Of a DNA stretch of 64,000 nt, positions 40,324 through 50,859 are shown piece after piece. The notes beneath the pieces were generated by a model. The model was given only the letters and a program-made list of their open reading frames with translations, did not search any database and was not told where the DNA came from. The first letter of the stretch is position 1; the number at the start of each line of letters is the position of its first letter. The position numbers and the translations under genes are program-made. The stretch spans positions 310,001-374,000 of the forward strand of contig NZ_BAABFP010000005.1 of assembly GCF_039541115.1 (NCBI RefSeq), written 5' to 3'. This DNA comes from Angustibacter luteus (GTDB lineage: Bacteria > Actinomycetota > Actinomycetes > Actinomycetales > Angustibacteraceae).

Positions 40324-42999
40324 ATGGAGACGGCCGAGATCCGGCGTCGGTGGTTGACGTACTTCGGGGACAACGGTCACACCGTCGTCCCGAGCAGCCC
40401 GCTTCCCTTCGAGGACCCGAACCTGCTGTTCGTGGCCGCGGGCATGGTGCCGTTCGTGAAGTACTTCGTCGGCCAGGAGTCGGCGCCCTACCAGCGGGCG
40501 ACGAGCGTGCAGAAGTGCGTGCGCACCCTCGACATCGAGGAGGTGGGGCGCACCACCCGGCACGGCACGTTCTTCCAGATGAACGGCAACTTCAGCTTCG
40601 GCGACTACTTCAAGGAAGGCGCGATCCAGCTCGCGTGGGAGCTCGTCACGCGTCCGCAGTCCGATGGCGGCTTCGGCCTTCCTGAGAAGGACCTGCTCGT
40701 CACGATCTACCAGGACGACGACGAGAGCTACCGGCTCTGGCAGCGGATCGCCGGCCTGCCCGACGAGAAGATCGTCCGGCTCGGCAAGAAGGACAACTAC
40801 TGGCACATGGGAATCCCCGGCCCGGCCGGCCCGTGCTCGGAGATCCTGATCGACCGTGGCCCCGAGTTCGGCCCCGAGGGCGACGTCGAGAAGGCCGGCG
40901 ATCGCTACCTGGAGTTCTGGAACCTGGTCTTCATGCAGGAGGAGCTCAGCGCGGTCCGCAGCAAGGCGGACTTCGACATCCGCGGCCCGCTGCCGAAGAA
41001 GAACATCGACACCGGCATGGGCCTGGAGCGGATGGCGTTCCTGCTGCAGGGGGTCGACAACATCTACGAGATCGACGAGGTCTACCCGGTCATCGAGGTG
41101 GCCGCCGACCTGGCCGGCAAGCGGTACGGCGCGAACCACGAGGACGACGTGCGGCTCCGGGTGGTCGCCGACCACGTGCGCAGCGCGCTGATGATCATCT
41201 CGGACGGCGTGCTGCCCGGTAACGAGGGACGCGGCTACGTCCTGCGCCGGCTCATCCGGCGCGCGGTGCGCTCGATGCGGCTGCTCGGCGTCGACGCGCC
41301 CACGATGCCCGAGCTGCTGCCAGCCAGCCGGGACCGGATGAAGACCAGCTACCCCGAGGTCGAGCGCGACTTCGGCCGGATCAGCTCCGCCGCGTACGGC
41401 GAGGAGGAGGCGTTCCGCCGCACCCTGGCCGCCGGCACCACGATCCTGGACACCGCCGTGCGGGACGTGAAGTCCAGCGGCCGCACCACCCTCGGCGGCG
41501 ACAAGGCCTTCCAGCTGCACGACACCTTCGGCTTCCCGATCGACCTGACGCTGGAGATGGCGGCCGAGCAGGGCGTGGACGTCGACGAGGTCGGCTTCCG
41601 CCAGCTGATGACGGCGCAGCGCGACCGCGCCAAGGCCGACGCCCGGGCGAAGAAGACCGGTCTCGTGGACACCTCCGCGTACCGCTCCCTGGCCGACGGA
41701 CTGGGCCGCGACGTCGAGTTCACCGGCTACGACGAGGTCACCAGCGAGGCGCGGGTCAGCGGCCTGCTGGTCGACGGCCACCCGGCGAGCTCGGCGCGCG
41801 AGGGCGACGAGATCGAGCTGGTGCTGGACCGCACCCCGTTCTACGCCGAGGGCGGTGGGCAGCTGGCCGACGCCGGCCGGATCGAGCTGGACGGCGCGGT
41901 CATCGAGGTCTCCGACGTGCAGAAGCCACTCGGCTCGCTCATCGTGCACCGCGCGAAGGTGCTCAGCGGCGAGGTCGAGGTCGGCGCGTCCGGTCAGGCG
42001 CTGGTGGACGTGCAGCGCCGCCGCGCCATCAGCCGCGCGCACACGGCGACGCACATGGTGCACAAGGCGATCCGCGAGGCGCTCGGTGAGACCGCCACCC
42101 AGGCGGGCTCGGAGAACGCGCCGGGCCGGTTCCGGTTCGACTTCAGTGCCAACGCCGCGCTCCCGCCATCCGTGCTGCACGACGTCGAGGCGCGGGTGAA
42201 CTCGCTGCTCGCCGAGGACCTCGAGGTGCACGCCGAGGTGATGACCCAGGCGCAGGCCGTCGAGGTCGGCGCCATGGCGCTGTTCGGTGAGAAGTACGGC
42301 GACGAGGTACGCGTCGTCTCGGTCGGGGAGTGGGCCCGCGAGCTGTGCGGCGGCACCCACGCGCAGCGCTCCGGCCAGCTCGGCCTGGTGTCCCTGCTCG
42401 GCGAGGCGTCGATCGGCTCCGGGGTCCGGCGGGTCGAGGCCCTGGTCGGCACCGACGCCTACGAGTACCTGGCCCGCGAGCACGCGCTGGTCGGCCAGCT
42501 GACCGAGGCACTCAAGGTGCGACCGGAGGAGCTGCCCGACCGGGTCGGGTCGATCCTGACCCGGCTGCGCGAGGCCGAGAAGCAGATCGCCGCGATGCGC
42601 CAGCAGCAGGTGCTGGCCGCGGCGGCGGGCCTCGCCTCGTCTGCCCGGGACGTCTACGGGGTGTCCTTCGTCGGGCACGACGCGGGGGAGGACGTCGACG
42701 CCGACGGCCTGCGCACGCTGCTGCTCGACGTGCGCGGCCGGATCACCGGCCGGCCCGTCGTGGTCGCCGGCACCGCCGTGGCCAAGGGTCGTCCGGTCGT
42801 CGTCGTGGCGACCAACGACGAGGCGCGCCGGTGGGGCGTCAAGGCCGGCGAGCTCGTCCGCGAGGCCGCCAAGATCCTCGGGGGCGGTGGCGGCGGCAAG
42901 GACGACGTCGCGCAGGGCGGCGGTACCGACGCCGCTCGCACCGGCGAGGCGCTCGCCCGGATCGAGCACGTCGTCGGCGAGCGGGTGACCGCCCGCTGA
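40324..42999 (+). CDS. alaS: Alanine--tRNA ligase
   Basis: [49 protein letters not shown]. Confidence 0.98.
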   Translation: METAEIRRRWLTYFGDNGHTVVPSSPLPFEDPNLLFVAAGMVPFVKYFVGQESAPYQRATSVQKCVRTLDIEEVGRTTRHGTFFQMNGNFSFGDYFKEGAIQLAWELVTRPQSDGGFGLPEKDLLVTIYQDDDESYRLWQRIAGLPDEKIVRLGKKDNYWHMGIPGPAGPCSEILIDRGPEFGPEGDVEKAGDRYLEFWNLVFMQEELSAVRSKADFDIRGPLPKKNIDTGMGLERMAFLLQGVDNIYEIDEVYPVIEVAADLAGKRYGANHEDDVRLRVVADHVRSALMIISDGVLPGNEGRGYVLRRLIRRAVRSMRLLGVDAPTMPELLPASRDRMKTSYPEVERDFGRISSAAYGEEEAFRRTLAAGTTILDTAVRDVKSSGRTTLGGDKAFQLHDTFGFPIDLTLEMAAEQGVDVDEVGFRQLMTAQRDRAKADARAKKTGLVDTSAYRSLADGLGRDVEFTGYDEVTSEARVSGLLVDGHPASSAREGDEIELVLDRTPFYAEGGGQLADAGRIELDGAVIEVSDVQKPLGSLIVHRAKVLSGEVEVGASGQALVDVQRRRAISRAHTATHMVHKAIREALGETATQAGSENAPGRFRFDFSANAALPPSVLHDVEARVNSLLAEDLEVHAEVMTQAQAVEVGAMALFGEKYGDEVRVVSVGEWARELCGGTHAQRSGQLGLVSLLGEASIGSGVRRVEALVGTDAYEYLAREHALVGQLTEALKVRPEELPDRVGSILTRLREAEKQIAAMRQQQVLAAAAGLASSARDVYGVSFVGHDAGEDVDADGLRTLLLDVRGRITGRPVVVAGTAVAKGRPVVVVATNDEARRWGVKAGELVREAAKILGGGGGGKDDVAQGGGTDAARTGEALARIEHVVGERVTAR

Positions 43000-43027
43000 T
43001 GGACGGGCTGCCGATGACGGTGCTGCG

Positions 43028-43606
43028 ATGGCCGGCCTGACCCGGCGCGGGGTGCGGCTCGGTGTCGACGTCGGCGCCGTGCGGGTCGGCCTGGCGGTCA
43101 GCGACCTGCACGGGATGCTGGCGACGCCGGTCGAGACCCTGCGGCGGGACCAGGGAGCGGGCTCGGACCTGCAGCGGATCGTGGCCGAGGTCGTGGAGCG
43201 CGAGGCGATCGAGGTGGTCGTCGGGCTGCCCCGGTCGCTGTCCGGCCGCGAGGGACCGGCCGCGGCCGCCGCGCGGGCCTACGCGGTCGACCTGGCGGGG
43301 CGGCTGGGCGCCGCCGCACTGCCCGTCGGCGTGCGGCTGATCGACGAGCGCCTGTCCACGGTGGCGGCGCACCGCTCGCTGCGCGAGTCGGGGGTCGCCG
43401 GGCGCAAGCAGCGGGCCGTGGTCGACCAGGTGGCCGCCGTCGTGCTCCTGCAGCAGGCGCTGGACGGTGAACGCGCCAGCGGCGTTGCCCCGGGGGAGCT
43501 GCTGGAACCTGTATCCTTGTCTGCTGGCGGGGGCACGACGGCCGACCCGGCCGCCGAAGACGACCCGAAGGCTGTCCCACCTGATGAGCGAGCCGAACGA
43601 GCCTGA
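43028..43606 (+). CDS. ruvX: YqgF/RuvX RNase H-fold nuclease
   Basis: GVDVGAVRVGLAVSD, VVGLP, DERLST, DQVAA. Confidence 0.93.
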   Translation: MAGLTRRGVRLGVDVGAVRVGLAVSDLHGMLATPVETLRRDQGAGSDLQRIVAEVVEREAIEVVVGLPRSLSGREGPAAAAARAYAVDLAGRLGAAALPVGVRLIDERLSTVAAHRSLRESGVAGRKQRAVVDQVAAVVLLQQALDGERASGVAPGELLEPVSLSAGGGTTADPAAEDDPKAVPPDERAERA

Positions 43607-44790
43607 TGCCTGACCGCCACGAGGACCACCCCCTGGGTGCCGTGATCGCCGACGCGCACGAGCACCCGGCCGACGACGCCTACGCCAGCCGCTCCGCGCG
43701 GCGGCAGGCGCACGCCCACCACGCCCGCCGACGCCGCCGCAAGGGCCGCCGCAGCGTGGTCATCCTGGTGGCGTTGCTGGTGGTCGCCCTCGGTGGGTAC
43801 GGCGCGTTCGCCGCGCTGAAGCCGCTGGTCACCCAGTTCACGGCGAGCGACGACTACGCGGGGCAGGGCAGCGGCGAGGTCACCATCACCGTCCCCGAGG
43901 GAGCCAGCGGCCGGGCCATCGGACGGGTGCTGCAGGAGGCCGGTGTCGTCAAGACGTCGAAGGCCTTCGTCGAAGCCGCCCAGGACAACGAGAAGTCCGG
44001 GTCGATCCAGCCGGGCCAGTACACGCTGCACCGGCAGATGTCGGGGGCGAGTGCCGTCACCATGCTGCTCGACCCGTCGGCCCGCAGCGCCGACAAGGTG
44101 ACCGTCCGCGAGGGGCTGCGGGTCAACGAGATCCTGCCGCTGCTCGCCAAGGCCACCGGCCAGCCGCTCGCCGACTACAAGGCCGCGCTGAAGGACCCCG
44201 AGTCCCTCGGCATCCCGGCCTCCGCGAAGGGCAAGGCGGAGGGCTGGCTGTTCCCGGACACGTACGAGTTCGGCAGCGAGCTGACCGCCGAGCAGCAACT
44301 GTCCACGATGGTCGCCCGCACCCACGAGGTGCTCGACGGGCTGGGCGTCAGTGACCAGGAGGCGCAGCGCCTCCTGACGGTGGCCAGCATCGCCGAGGTC
44401 GAGGCCGGGTCGAAGACCGACTACGCCAAGGTCGCCCAGGTCATCGACAACCGGCTCGCGAACAAGCTCGGCAACGGCGGCAAGCTGCAGCTCGACTCCA
44501 CGGTCAGCTACGCGGTGGGCAAGCGGACCCTGACCACCACTGCGGCCGAGCGCGCCGTCGACTCGCCCTACAACACCTACCGGTACCCCGGGCTGCCGGC
44601 CGGTCCGATCTCGAACCCCGGCAAGGCCTCGATCCAGGGTGCGCTCAAACCGACCCCGGGCCCGTGGCTGTACTGGACGACGGTCAACCCCTCGACGGGT
44701 GAGACCCGGTTCGCGGTGACCTGGGCCGAGCACCAGCAGAACGTGAAGCTGTTCCAGGCCTGGTGCCAAGCACATCCGGGCAAGTGCTGA
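43606..44790 (+). CDS. mltG: Endolytic transglycosylase
   Basis: TM helix, EGWLFPDTY, ASIAEVE, LQLDST, SPYNTY..GLP.GPI.NPG. Confidence 0.94.
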   Translation: MPDRHEDHPLGAVIADAHEHPADDAYASRSARRQAHAHHARRRRRKGRRSVVILVALLVVALGGYGAFAALKPLVTQFTASDDYAGQGSGEVTITVPEGASGRAIGRVLQEAGVVKTSKAFVEAAQDNEKSGSIQPGQYTLHRQMSGASAVTMLLDPSARSADKVTVREGLRVNEILPLLAKATGQPLADYKAALKDPESLGIPASAKGKAEGWLFPDTYEFGSELTAEQQLSTMVARTHEVLDGLGVSDQEAQRLLTVASIAEVEAGSKTDYAKVAQVIDNRLANKLGNGGKLQLDSTVSYAVGKRTLTTTAAERAVDSPYNTYRYPGLPAGPISNPGKASIQGALKPTPGPWLYWTTVNPSTGETRFAVTWAEHQQNVKLFQAWCQAHPGKC

Positions 44791-44800
44791 CCGTGCGGTC

Positions 44801-45667
44801 ATGAGCGGCGCGCACCGGGCGGCCGTGCTCGGCTCACCGGTCGCGCACTCGCTGTCCCCGGTGCTGCACCGCGCCGCCTACCTCAGCCTCGGCCTGCCGG
44901 ACTGGCAGTACGACGCCATCGAGATCGACGCGCCCGACGACCTGCGCCGCTTCGTGACGACCCGGGACGTCTCCTGGGCCGGGCTGTCGCTGACCATGCC
45001 GCTGAAGCGCTGGGTGCAGCCGGTGCTGGGCCAGGTGTCCGAGCTGGCTGCGGCGACCGGCTCGGTGAACACGGTCCTGTTCCACGCCGGACGGGCCCCC
45101 AGCGGCCACAACACGGACGTCCACGGGGTCCGGGCCGCGCTGCTGGAGGGCGGCCTGACCTCGTGCGCGCGCGGCGTCGTGCTCGGCGGCGGTGCCACCG
45201 CCGCCTCGGCCGTGGCCGCGCTGGGCCGGCTGGGCTGCGCCCGCCCGCAGGTCGTCGTCCGGTCGCCGGAACGGGCCGTGGACGTCGTCGCCGCGGGTCG
45301 GGCGCTCGGTGTGGGCGTCGACCTGGTGGCCTGGTCGCACGCGCCGGCGCTGCTCGAGCGGGCCGACGTGGTGGTCAGCTCGGTGCCGTCGGACGCCCAC
45401 GAGGAGGTCCGGGCGGTCCTGCCGGCCGCCGTGCACGGACTGCTGCTCGACGTCAGCTACCACCCGTGGCCGAGCGAGGTCGCGACGGCCTGGCGGGAGC
45501 GGGGCGGTCAGGCGGTCAGCGGCTTCGCCATGCTGCTGCACCAGGCGGTCGCTCAGGTCGCCCTGATGACGGGCAGCGACCCCGACGTCGCCGCGATGCG
45601 CGCCGCGGGGGAGGCGGCGCTGCGTTCGGTCACCGAGCGCGACGCAAACGACCCCAACCGGGGCTGA
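44801..45667 (+). CDS. aroE: Shikimate dehydrogenase
   Basis: GSPVAHSLSP.LH, SLTMPLK, NTD, GGGATA, MLLHQA. Confidence 0.94.
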   Translation: MSGAHRAAVLGSPVAHSLSPVLHRAAYLSLGLPDWQYDAIEIDAPDDLRRFVTTRDVSWAGLSLTMPLKRWVQPVLGQVSELAAATGSVNTVLFHAGRAPSGHNTDVHGVRAALLEGGLTSCARGVVLGGGATAASAVAALGRLGCARPQVVVRSPERAVDVVAAGRALGVGVDLVAWSHAPALLERADVVVSSVPSDAHEEVRAVLPAAVHGLLLDVSYHPWPSEVATAWRERGGQAVSGFAMLLHQAVAQVALMTGSDPDVAAMRAAGEAALRSVTERDANDPNRG

Positions 45668-45702
45668 ACGGGTTCCTTCCCCTCAACCGGGCGGCGTCGT
45701 CG

Positions 45703-45729
45703 CTCAAGGTGACCACCGTCACGGTCGAT
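45703..45729 (+). promoter_or_regulatory. Putative FliA/WhiG-type promoter (pilB)
   Basis: CTCA-N17-GTCGAT. Confidence 0.65.
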
Positions 45730-45777
45730 GTCACGTCTTGTCACCGGACCACGGCCACAGGGGAGCGTGCTCGACTC

Positions 45778-47442
45778 ATGCAGCTTGCCGAGATCCTGCT
45801 CGCGGACGGGCTCGTCAGCGAGGGGCAGCTCTCTGCTGCCTTCGAGGAGCACCAGCGGGCCGGTCGCAGCCTCGGCCGCGTGCTGGTCGAGCAGGGCGTG
45901 CTGTCCGAGACGCAGCTGGTCAGCGCGCTCGCGCAGCAGATCGGCCTGCCCTTCGTCGACCTGACCGAGTACCCCGTGGACGCCGCCGCCACCGCGCGCA
46001 TCTCCGGTGCCGTCGTCCGCCGGCACAACGCGCTGCCCATCGGCTACACCGACGACGGCAAGCTGCTGGTCGCGATGGCCGACCCCGGCAACGTCTTCGC
46101 GCTCGACGACATCCGTTCGATGACCGGGCTGGACGTGCGTCCCGCGGTCGCGACCCGGGCGGACGTCCTCGGGGCGATCGATCGCTACTACCGCGCGGAC
46201 GCCGACCTCGACGACATCACCAACGCCCTGGACCTCGTCGAGGACGACGAGGACCTGTCCAAGGTGAAGGAGATCACCGAGGACGCGCCGATCGTCAAGT
46301 ACGTCAACCTGTTGATCACCCAGGCGATCCAGGACCGGGCCTCCGACATCCACCTCGAGCCGGGGGAGCACGACCTGCGGGTGCGGTACCGCATCGACGG
46401 CGTGCTGCACGAGATCATGCGTTCGCCCAAGGCGATCCAGAGCGGCGTCATCTCGCGGCTGAAGATCATGGCGGACATCAACATCGCCGAGCGCCGCATC
46501 CCGCAGGACGGTCGCCTCTCCGTCACCACCAACGGCAAGAAGATCGACCTCCGCGTCGCCACCCTGCCGACGGTGTGGGGCGAGAAGGTCGTCATGCGCA
46601 TCCTGGACAACTCCACCGCGCGGCTGACCCTGAACGACCTCGGCTTCTCCTCGGGCAACTACGAGCGGTACAGCGAGAGCTTCGTCAAGCCGTACGGCAT
46701 GATCCTGGTGACCGGCCCGACGGGTTCGGGCAAGTCGACCACCCTGTACGCGACGTTGAACATCGTGAGCAAGCCCGAGGTCAACGTGATCACCGTCGAG
46801 GACCCGGTCGAGTACCGGCTCCCCGGGATCAACCAGGTGCAGGTCAACGCCAAGGCCGGCCTGACCTTCGCCGCGGCGCTCCGCTCCATCCTGCGCTCGG
46901 ACCCTGACGTCGTCCTGATCGGTGAGGTCCGCGACCACGAGACGGCGCAGATCGCCGTCGAGGCCGCCCTCACCGGCCACCTCGTGCTGACCACGCTGCA
47001 CACCAACGACGCGCCGTCCGCCATCACCCGCTTGACCGAGATGGGCATCGAGCCGTTCCTGGTCGGTTCGGCATTGGACTGCGTGCTGGCCCAACGTCTG
47101 ACCCGCCGGCTGTGCAGCAAGTGCAAGGAGCCGTTCCAGCCGGAGCCGGCCGACCTCGAGCGGGTGGGCTTCCCGTGGACGCCGGGGGAGGAGCTGCCGG
47201 TGCTCTACCGTCCGGTGGGCTGCTCGACCTGCGCGAAGACCGGCTACAAGGGCCGGGTCGCGCTGCACGAGGTCATGAAGGTGTCCGAGACCATCGAGCG
47301 GCACACCGTCGAGCGGGTCTCGGCCGCGGTGATCGGGGAGACCGCGCGGGCCGAGGGCATGACCACGCTCCGCATGGACGGCTGGCTGAAGGTGCTGGAC
47401 GGCGTCACGTCCATCGAAGAGGTCCTGCGCGTCGTCGTGTGA
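45778..47442 (+). CDS. pilB: Type IV pilus assembly ATPase with MshEN N-domain
   Basis: ASDIHLEP, PQDGR, GPTGSGKSTT, TVEDPVE, GEVRD, HTNDA, CSKC/CSTC zinc site. Confidence 0.95.
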   Translation: MQLAEILLADGLVSEGQLSAAFEEHQRAGRSLGRVLVEQGVLSETQLVSALAQQIGLPFVDLTEYPVDAAATARISGAVVRRHNALPIGYTDDGKLLVAMADPGNVFALDDIRSMTGLDVRPAVATRADVLGAIDRYYRADADLDDITNALDLVEDDEDLSKVKEITEDAPIVKYVNLLITQAIQDRASDIHLEPGEHDLRVRYRIDGVLHEIMRSPKAIQSGVISRLKIMADINIAERRIPQDGRLSVTTNGKKIDLRVATLPTVWGEKVVMRILDNSTARLTLNDLGFSSGNYERYSESFVKPYGMILVTGPTGSGKSTTLYATLNIVSKPEVNVITVEDPVEYRLPGINQVQVNAKAGLTFAAALRSILRSDPDVVLIGEVRDHETAQIAVEAALTGHLVLTTLHTNDAPSAITRLTEMGIEPFLVGSALDCVLAQRLTRRLCSKCKEPFQPEPADLERVGFPWTPGEELPVLYRPVGCSTCAKTGYKGRVALHEVMKVSETIERHTVERVSAAVIGETARAEGMTTLRMDGWLKVLDGVTSIEEVLRVVV

Positions 47443-47460
47443 CCGGTGTCGCCCTCACGG

Positions 47461-47487
47461 CTCAAGACCGTGCCGGGGTGTGCCGAT
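47461..47487 (+). promoter_or_regulatory. Putative FliA/WhiG-type promoter (pilT-pilC)
   Basis: CTCA-N17-GCCGAT(A). Confidence 0.7.
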
Positions 47488-47551
47488 AGCGGCTGTGAAG
47501 CATCCAGCTCGACCGCCATGCAGGCGACGAGCCTGCCATGAGGGGAGTGCC

Positions 47552-48856
47552 GTGAGCACTGTCGGAGAGCCGTACGTGCCGGAGTTCGCTCCAGCTGGGA
47601 CGCCGGCCGGTTACGCGCCTGTGACGGCGTCTGTTCCTGCCCAGCAGGCACCCGTCGCCGCGGCGCCCGTGCCGGTGGCCGCGCCCGCGCACGCTGCCCC
47701 GCCCGCGCACGCTGCGGCCCCGGCGGTGGCACCCACCCAGGCGGCCCCGCAGGCCTACGCGCGCACCAGCACCGAGCAGGTGTTCGAGCACGACCTGGCC
47801 ATCAACGACCTGCTCATCGAGATGATCGAGACGGGCGCCAGCGACCTGCACATCACCTCGGGTGCGGCGCCGATGATCCGGCTGCGCGGCGAGCTGCGCA
47901 CGATGGGCGAGCACGCCGTGCTGACCCCGCCGGTGCTGCAGCGCGCGATCTACGCGATGCTCTCGCAGCGTCAGCGCGAGCGCTTCGAGACCGACCTCGA
48001 GCTGGACTTCGCCTACTCCGTCCCGGGCCGGGCCCGGTTCCGCGTCAACGTCTACCGGCAGCGCGAGGCGCTGGGTGCGGCCTTCCGCCTGATCCCCTAC
48101 GAGATCAAGCCGCTCGAGGCCCTCGGTATCCCGCCGGCCGTGAACAACTTTGCCGGCCTGCCGCGTGGCCTCGTGCTGGTCACCGGGCCGACCGGTTCGG
48201 GCAAGTCGACCACCCTCGCGGGTGTCGTCGACCTGGCCAACCGCACCCGGCACGAGCACATCATGACGGTCGAGGACCCGATCGAGTTCCTGCACCGCCA
48301 CAAGGGCTGCATCGTCAACCAGCGTGAGGTCGGCGAGGACACCAAGTCCTTCGGCAACGCGCTGAAGCACGCGCTGCGACAGGACCCCGACATCATCCTG
48401 GTCGGTGAGATGCGTGACCTCGAGACGATCTCGGTGGCGCTGACCGCCGCCGAGACCGGTCACCTGGTCTTCGCCACGCTGCACACCCAGGACGCCGCGC
48501 AGACGATGGACCGCGTCATCGACGTGTTCCCGTCCGAGCAGCAGCAGCAGGTCCGGGTGCAGCTCGCCGGCGCCATCCAGGGCGTCGTCTGCCAGACCCT
48601 CTGCAAGACCCGGGACGCCAAGGGCCGCGTCGTGGCCACCGAGGTCATGGTCGCCACCCCCGCGATCCGCAACCTGATCCGCGAGGGCAAGACCCACCAG
48701 ATCTACTCGGCCATGCAGGCCGGGGCGAAGCACGGAATGCACACGATGGACCAGCACCTCGCAGAGCTGGTGCGCACCAACCAGATCACGTACGAACACG
48801 GTCTGGAGAAGTGCCACCACGTCGAGGACTTCAACCGCCTGCTCGGCCGGATCTGA
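47552..48856 (+). CDS. pilT: Type IV pilus retraction ATPase
   Basis: GASDLH, RFRVN, GPTGSGKSTT, LRQDPD, AIRNLIRE signature. Confidence 0.96.
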   Translation: MSTVGEPYVPEFAPAGTPAGYAPVTASVPAQQAPVAAAPVPVAAPAHAAPPAHAAAPAVAPTQAAPQAYARTSTEQVFEHDLAINDLLIEMIETGASDLHITSGAAPMIRLRGELRTMGEHAVLTPPVLQRAIYAMLSQRQRERFETDLELDFAYSVPGRARFRVNVYRQREALGAAFRLIPYEIKPLEALGIPPAVNNFAGLPRGLVLVTGPTGSGKSTTLAGVVDLANRTRHEHIMTVEDPIEFLHRHKGCIVNQREVGEDTKSFGNALKHALRQDPDIILVGEMRDLETISVALTAAETGHLVFATLHTQDAAQTMDRVIDVFPSEQQQQVRVQLAGAIQGVVCQTLCKTRDAKGRVVATEVMVATPAIRNLIREGKTHQIYSAMQAGAKHGMHTMDQHLAELVRTNQITYEHGLEKCHHVEDFNRLLGRI

Positions 48857-48867
48857 GGACAACACAC

Positions 48868-50088
48868 ATGGCGACACTGACGTTCGAGTACGCCGTCCGC
48901 GACCGCGACGGCAAGCTGGTCAAGGGCACCCTGGACGCTGAGAACCAGGGCCAGGTGGTGCAGAAGCTCAAGACCCTCGGGTACGCGCCGGTCAGCATCA
49001 CGCAGGCCAACGCGGGGATGAACAAAGAGCTGAAGATCCCCGGCCTCGGCGGCAAGGTCAAGACCAAGGACCTTGCGATCATGGCGCGCCAGTTCGCGAC
49101 CATGATCAACTCGGGGCTCTCGCTGCTCCGCGCCCTGACGATCCTGGCCGAGCAGACCGAGAACAAGACCCTGGCGAGCGTGCTGGGCGAGGTTCGCGGC
49201 GAGGTCGAGACCGGGCAGTCGCTGTCGTCCGCGCTGGCCAAGCACCCCCGGATCTTCCCGCCCATCATGATCAACATGACCCGGGCCGGCGAGGTCGGTG
49301 GCTTCCTGGACGCGGTGCTCATCCAGGTCGCGGAGAACTTCGAGGCCGAGGTCAAGCTGCGCGGCAAGATCAAGTCCGCCATGACCTACCCGGTCGTCGT
49401 GTTCGTGATGGCGATCCTCGCGGTCATCGGCATGCTGCTGTTCATCGTCCCGATCTTCGCGAAGATGTTCTCGGACATGGGCGCCCAGCTGCCGGCCCCG
49501 ACCCGGGCCCTGGTGTTCCTGTCGTCGGTGCTCAAGGTCGGCGGCATCCCGATCCTGATCAGCCTGATCGCGCTCAGCGTCGGCTGGGGGCGCATCAAGC
49601 ACCAGCAGCGGGTCCGCGAGATCGTCGACCCGATGATGCTGAAGATGCCGGTGTTCGGCTCGCTGGTGCAGCGCATCGCGCTGTCCCGCTTCACCCGCAA
49701 CCTGGGCACCATGCTCAAGTCCGGTGTACCGATCCTGCAGGCGCTCGACATCGTGGCCGACACCAGCGGCAACGAGGTCGTCGCGAAGGCCGTGCGCGCC
49801 GTCCAGCAGTCCGTGCGTCAGGGTGACTCGCTCGCCCGGCCGCTGACCGAGCACGCGGTCTTCCCGCCCATGGTCGTGCAGATGATGGCCGTCGGTGAGG
49901 ACACCGGTGCGCTGGACGACATGCTGGTGAAGATCAGCGACTTCTACGACCAGGAGGTCGAGGCCACCACGGAGGCCCTCACCTCGCTCATCGAGCCGCT
50001 GATGATCGCGTTCCTCGGTGCCGTCGTCGGCTCCATGATCGTCGCGCTCTACATGCCGATCTTCGGGGTCTTCAACCTGATCAGCTGA
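48868..50088 (+). CDS. pilC: Type IV pilus platform protein (GspF family)
   Basis: RQFATMINSG, AGEVGG.L, AMTYP, GEDTGALD.ML, LIEP, MPIF. Confidence 0.95.
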   Translation: MATLTFEYAVRDRDGKLVKGTLDAENQGQVVQKLKTLGYAPVSITQANAGMNKELKIPGLGGKVKTKDLAIMARQFATMINSGLSLLRALTILAEQTENKTLASVLGEVRGEVETGQSLSSALAKHPRIFPPIMINMTRAGEVGGFLDAVLIQVAENFEAEVKLRGKIKSAMTYPVVVFVMAILAVIGMLLFIVPIFAKMFSDMGAQLPAPTRALVFLSSVLKVGGIPILISLIALSVGWGRIKHQQRVREIVDPMMLKMPVFGSLVQRIALSRFTRNLGTMLKSGVPILQALDIVADTSGNEVVAKAVRAVQQSVRQGDSLARPLTEHAVFPPMVVQMMAVGEDTGALDDMLVKISDFYDQEVEATTEALTSLIEPLMIAFLGAVVGSMIVALYMPIFGVFNLIS

Positions 50089-50105
50089 TCCGGACCAACC
50101 GCACT

Positions 50106-50136
50106 GCAGGGCCCCGGCGAGTTGCCGGGGCCCTGC
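50106..50136 (+). terminator. Hairpin after pilC
   Basis: GCAGGGCCCCGGC-gagtt-GCCGGGGCCCTGC. Confidence 0.75.
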
Positions 50137-50156
50137 CGCGTTCAGCCAGATGGGTG

Positions 50157-50182
50157 CTCAAGTGGATCTTGGAGTTGTCGAC
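50157..50182 (+). promoter_or_regulatory. Putative FliA/WhiG-type promoter (pilin 1)
   Basis: CTCA-N16-GTCGAC. Confidence 0.6.
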
Positions 50183-50250
50183 ACATTGCTTGTCAATGCG
50201 TGGTGGACCCGCTCGACCCTCCCGTCAACATCGTCAAGAAGAGGCGACAC

Positions 50251-50682
50251 ATGCTCACACGAATTCGCAAGGCGGCGGAGGAGAAGGACAGCGGCTTCAC
50301 GCTGATCGAGCTCCTGGTCGTCATGATCATCATCGGCATCCTCGCCGCCATCGCCATCCCGGTGTTCCTGAACCAGCGCAAGAAGGCCGTCGACACCTCG
50401 ATGAAGTCGGACCTGCGCACGGTCGCCAACGAGATGGAGACCTACTACACCGACAACCAGAACTACCCGGCGGCCAACGCCTCGGGCACCGACACGGTCA
50501 ACGTGGGCACCACTGCCGTCAAGCTGACCAAGGGCAACACCGTGGACATCACGGTCGTCGTCGGCGCCGGCGTGGTCGACGGCAGCTACTGCCTGAAGGC
50601 GTCCAACGCCAAGGGCACGAGCGACTGGTACTACGACAGCGACCAGGGCGGCCTCCAGGCCAAGGGCACCGCCTGCAGCTGA
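50251..50682 (+). CDS. pilA: Type IVa major pilin, copy 1
   Basis: Class III signal ..KDSG|FTLIELL, Pro22, C-terminal Cys pair. Confidence 0.92.
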   Translation: MLTRIRKAAEEKDSGFTLIELLVVMIIIGILAAIAIPVFLNQRKKAVDTSMKSDLRTVANEMETYYTDNQNYPAANASGTDTVNVGTTAVKLTKGNTVDITVVVGAGVVDGSYCLKASNAKGTSDWYYDSDQGGLQAKGTACS

Positions 50683-50701
50683 CGGACGAGCACACACCCG
50701 C

Positions 50702-50732
50702 GTGGGGGTCCCGGAGGAACCGGGGCCCCCAC
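50702..50732 (+). terminator. Hairpin after pilin 1
   Basis: GTGGGGGTCCCGG-aggaa-CCGGGGCCCCCAC. Confidence 0.7.
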
Positions 50733-50762
50733 TGCCGTCGGCGGGTGTCAGCCATTCGGCCG

Positions 50763-50859
50763 CTCAAGTCCTGGCCATGGCCGTCGATGCTTCTCTCGTC
50801 ATCGGAGGTGGCCTACGGGCTCGTCCCTCCACACCTATCGTCTCGAAGGGACGAATCAG
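50763..50859 (+). promoter_or_regulatory. FliA/WhiG-type promoter plus conserved structured leader (pilin 2)
   Basis: CTCA-N16-GTCGAT; leader TCGTCCCT (50821-28) is complementary to the RBS segment AGGGACGA (50847-54). Confidence 0.65.

Noticed and set aside
39841..42969. Very long antisense and alternative-frame ORFs (e.g. 1042 aa opposite alaS, 738 aa opposite rel, 792 aa opposite MMPL)
   Set aside because: These are shadow ORFs expected from high-GC codon bias; they overlap well-supported genes and lack recognisable motifs.
45670..45777. c-di-GMP-I/II riboswitch upstream of pilB
   Set aside because: I could not find the characteristic GGCAAA / GNRA tetraloop-receptor or pseudoknot features; the region is better explained by promoter and operator motifs. 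An Rfam scan was not run.
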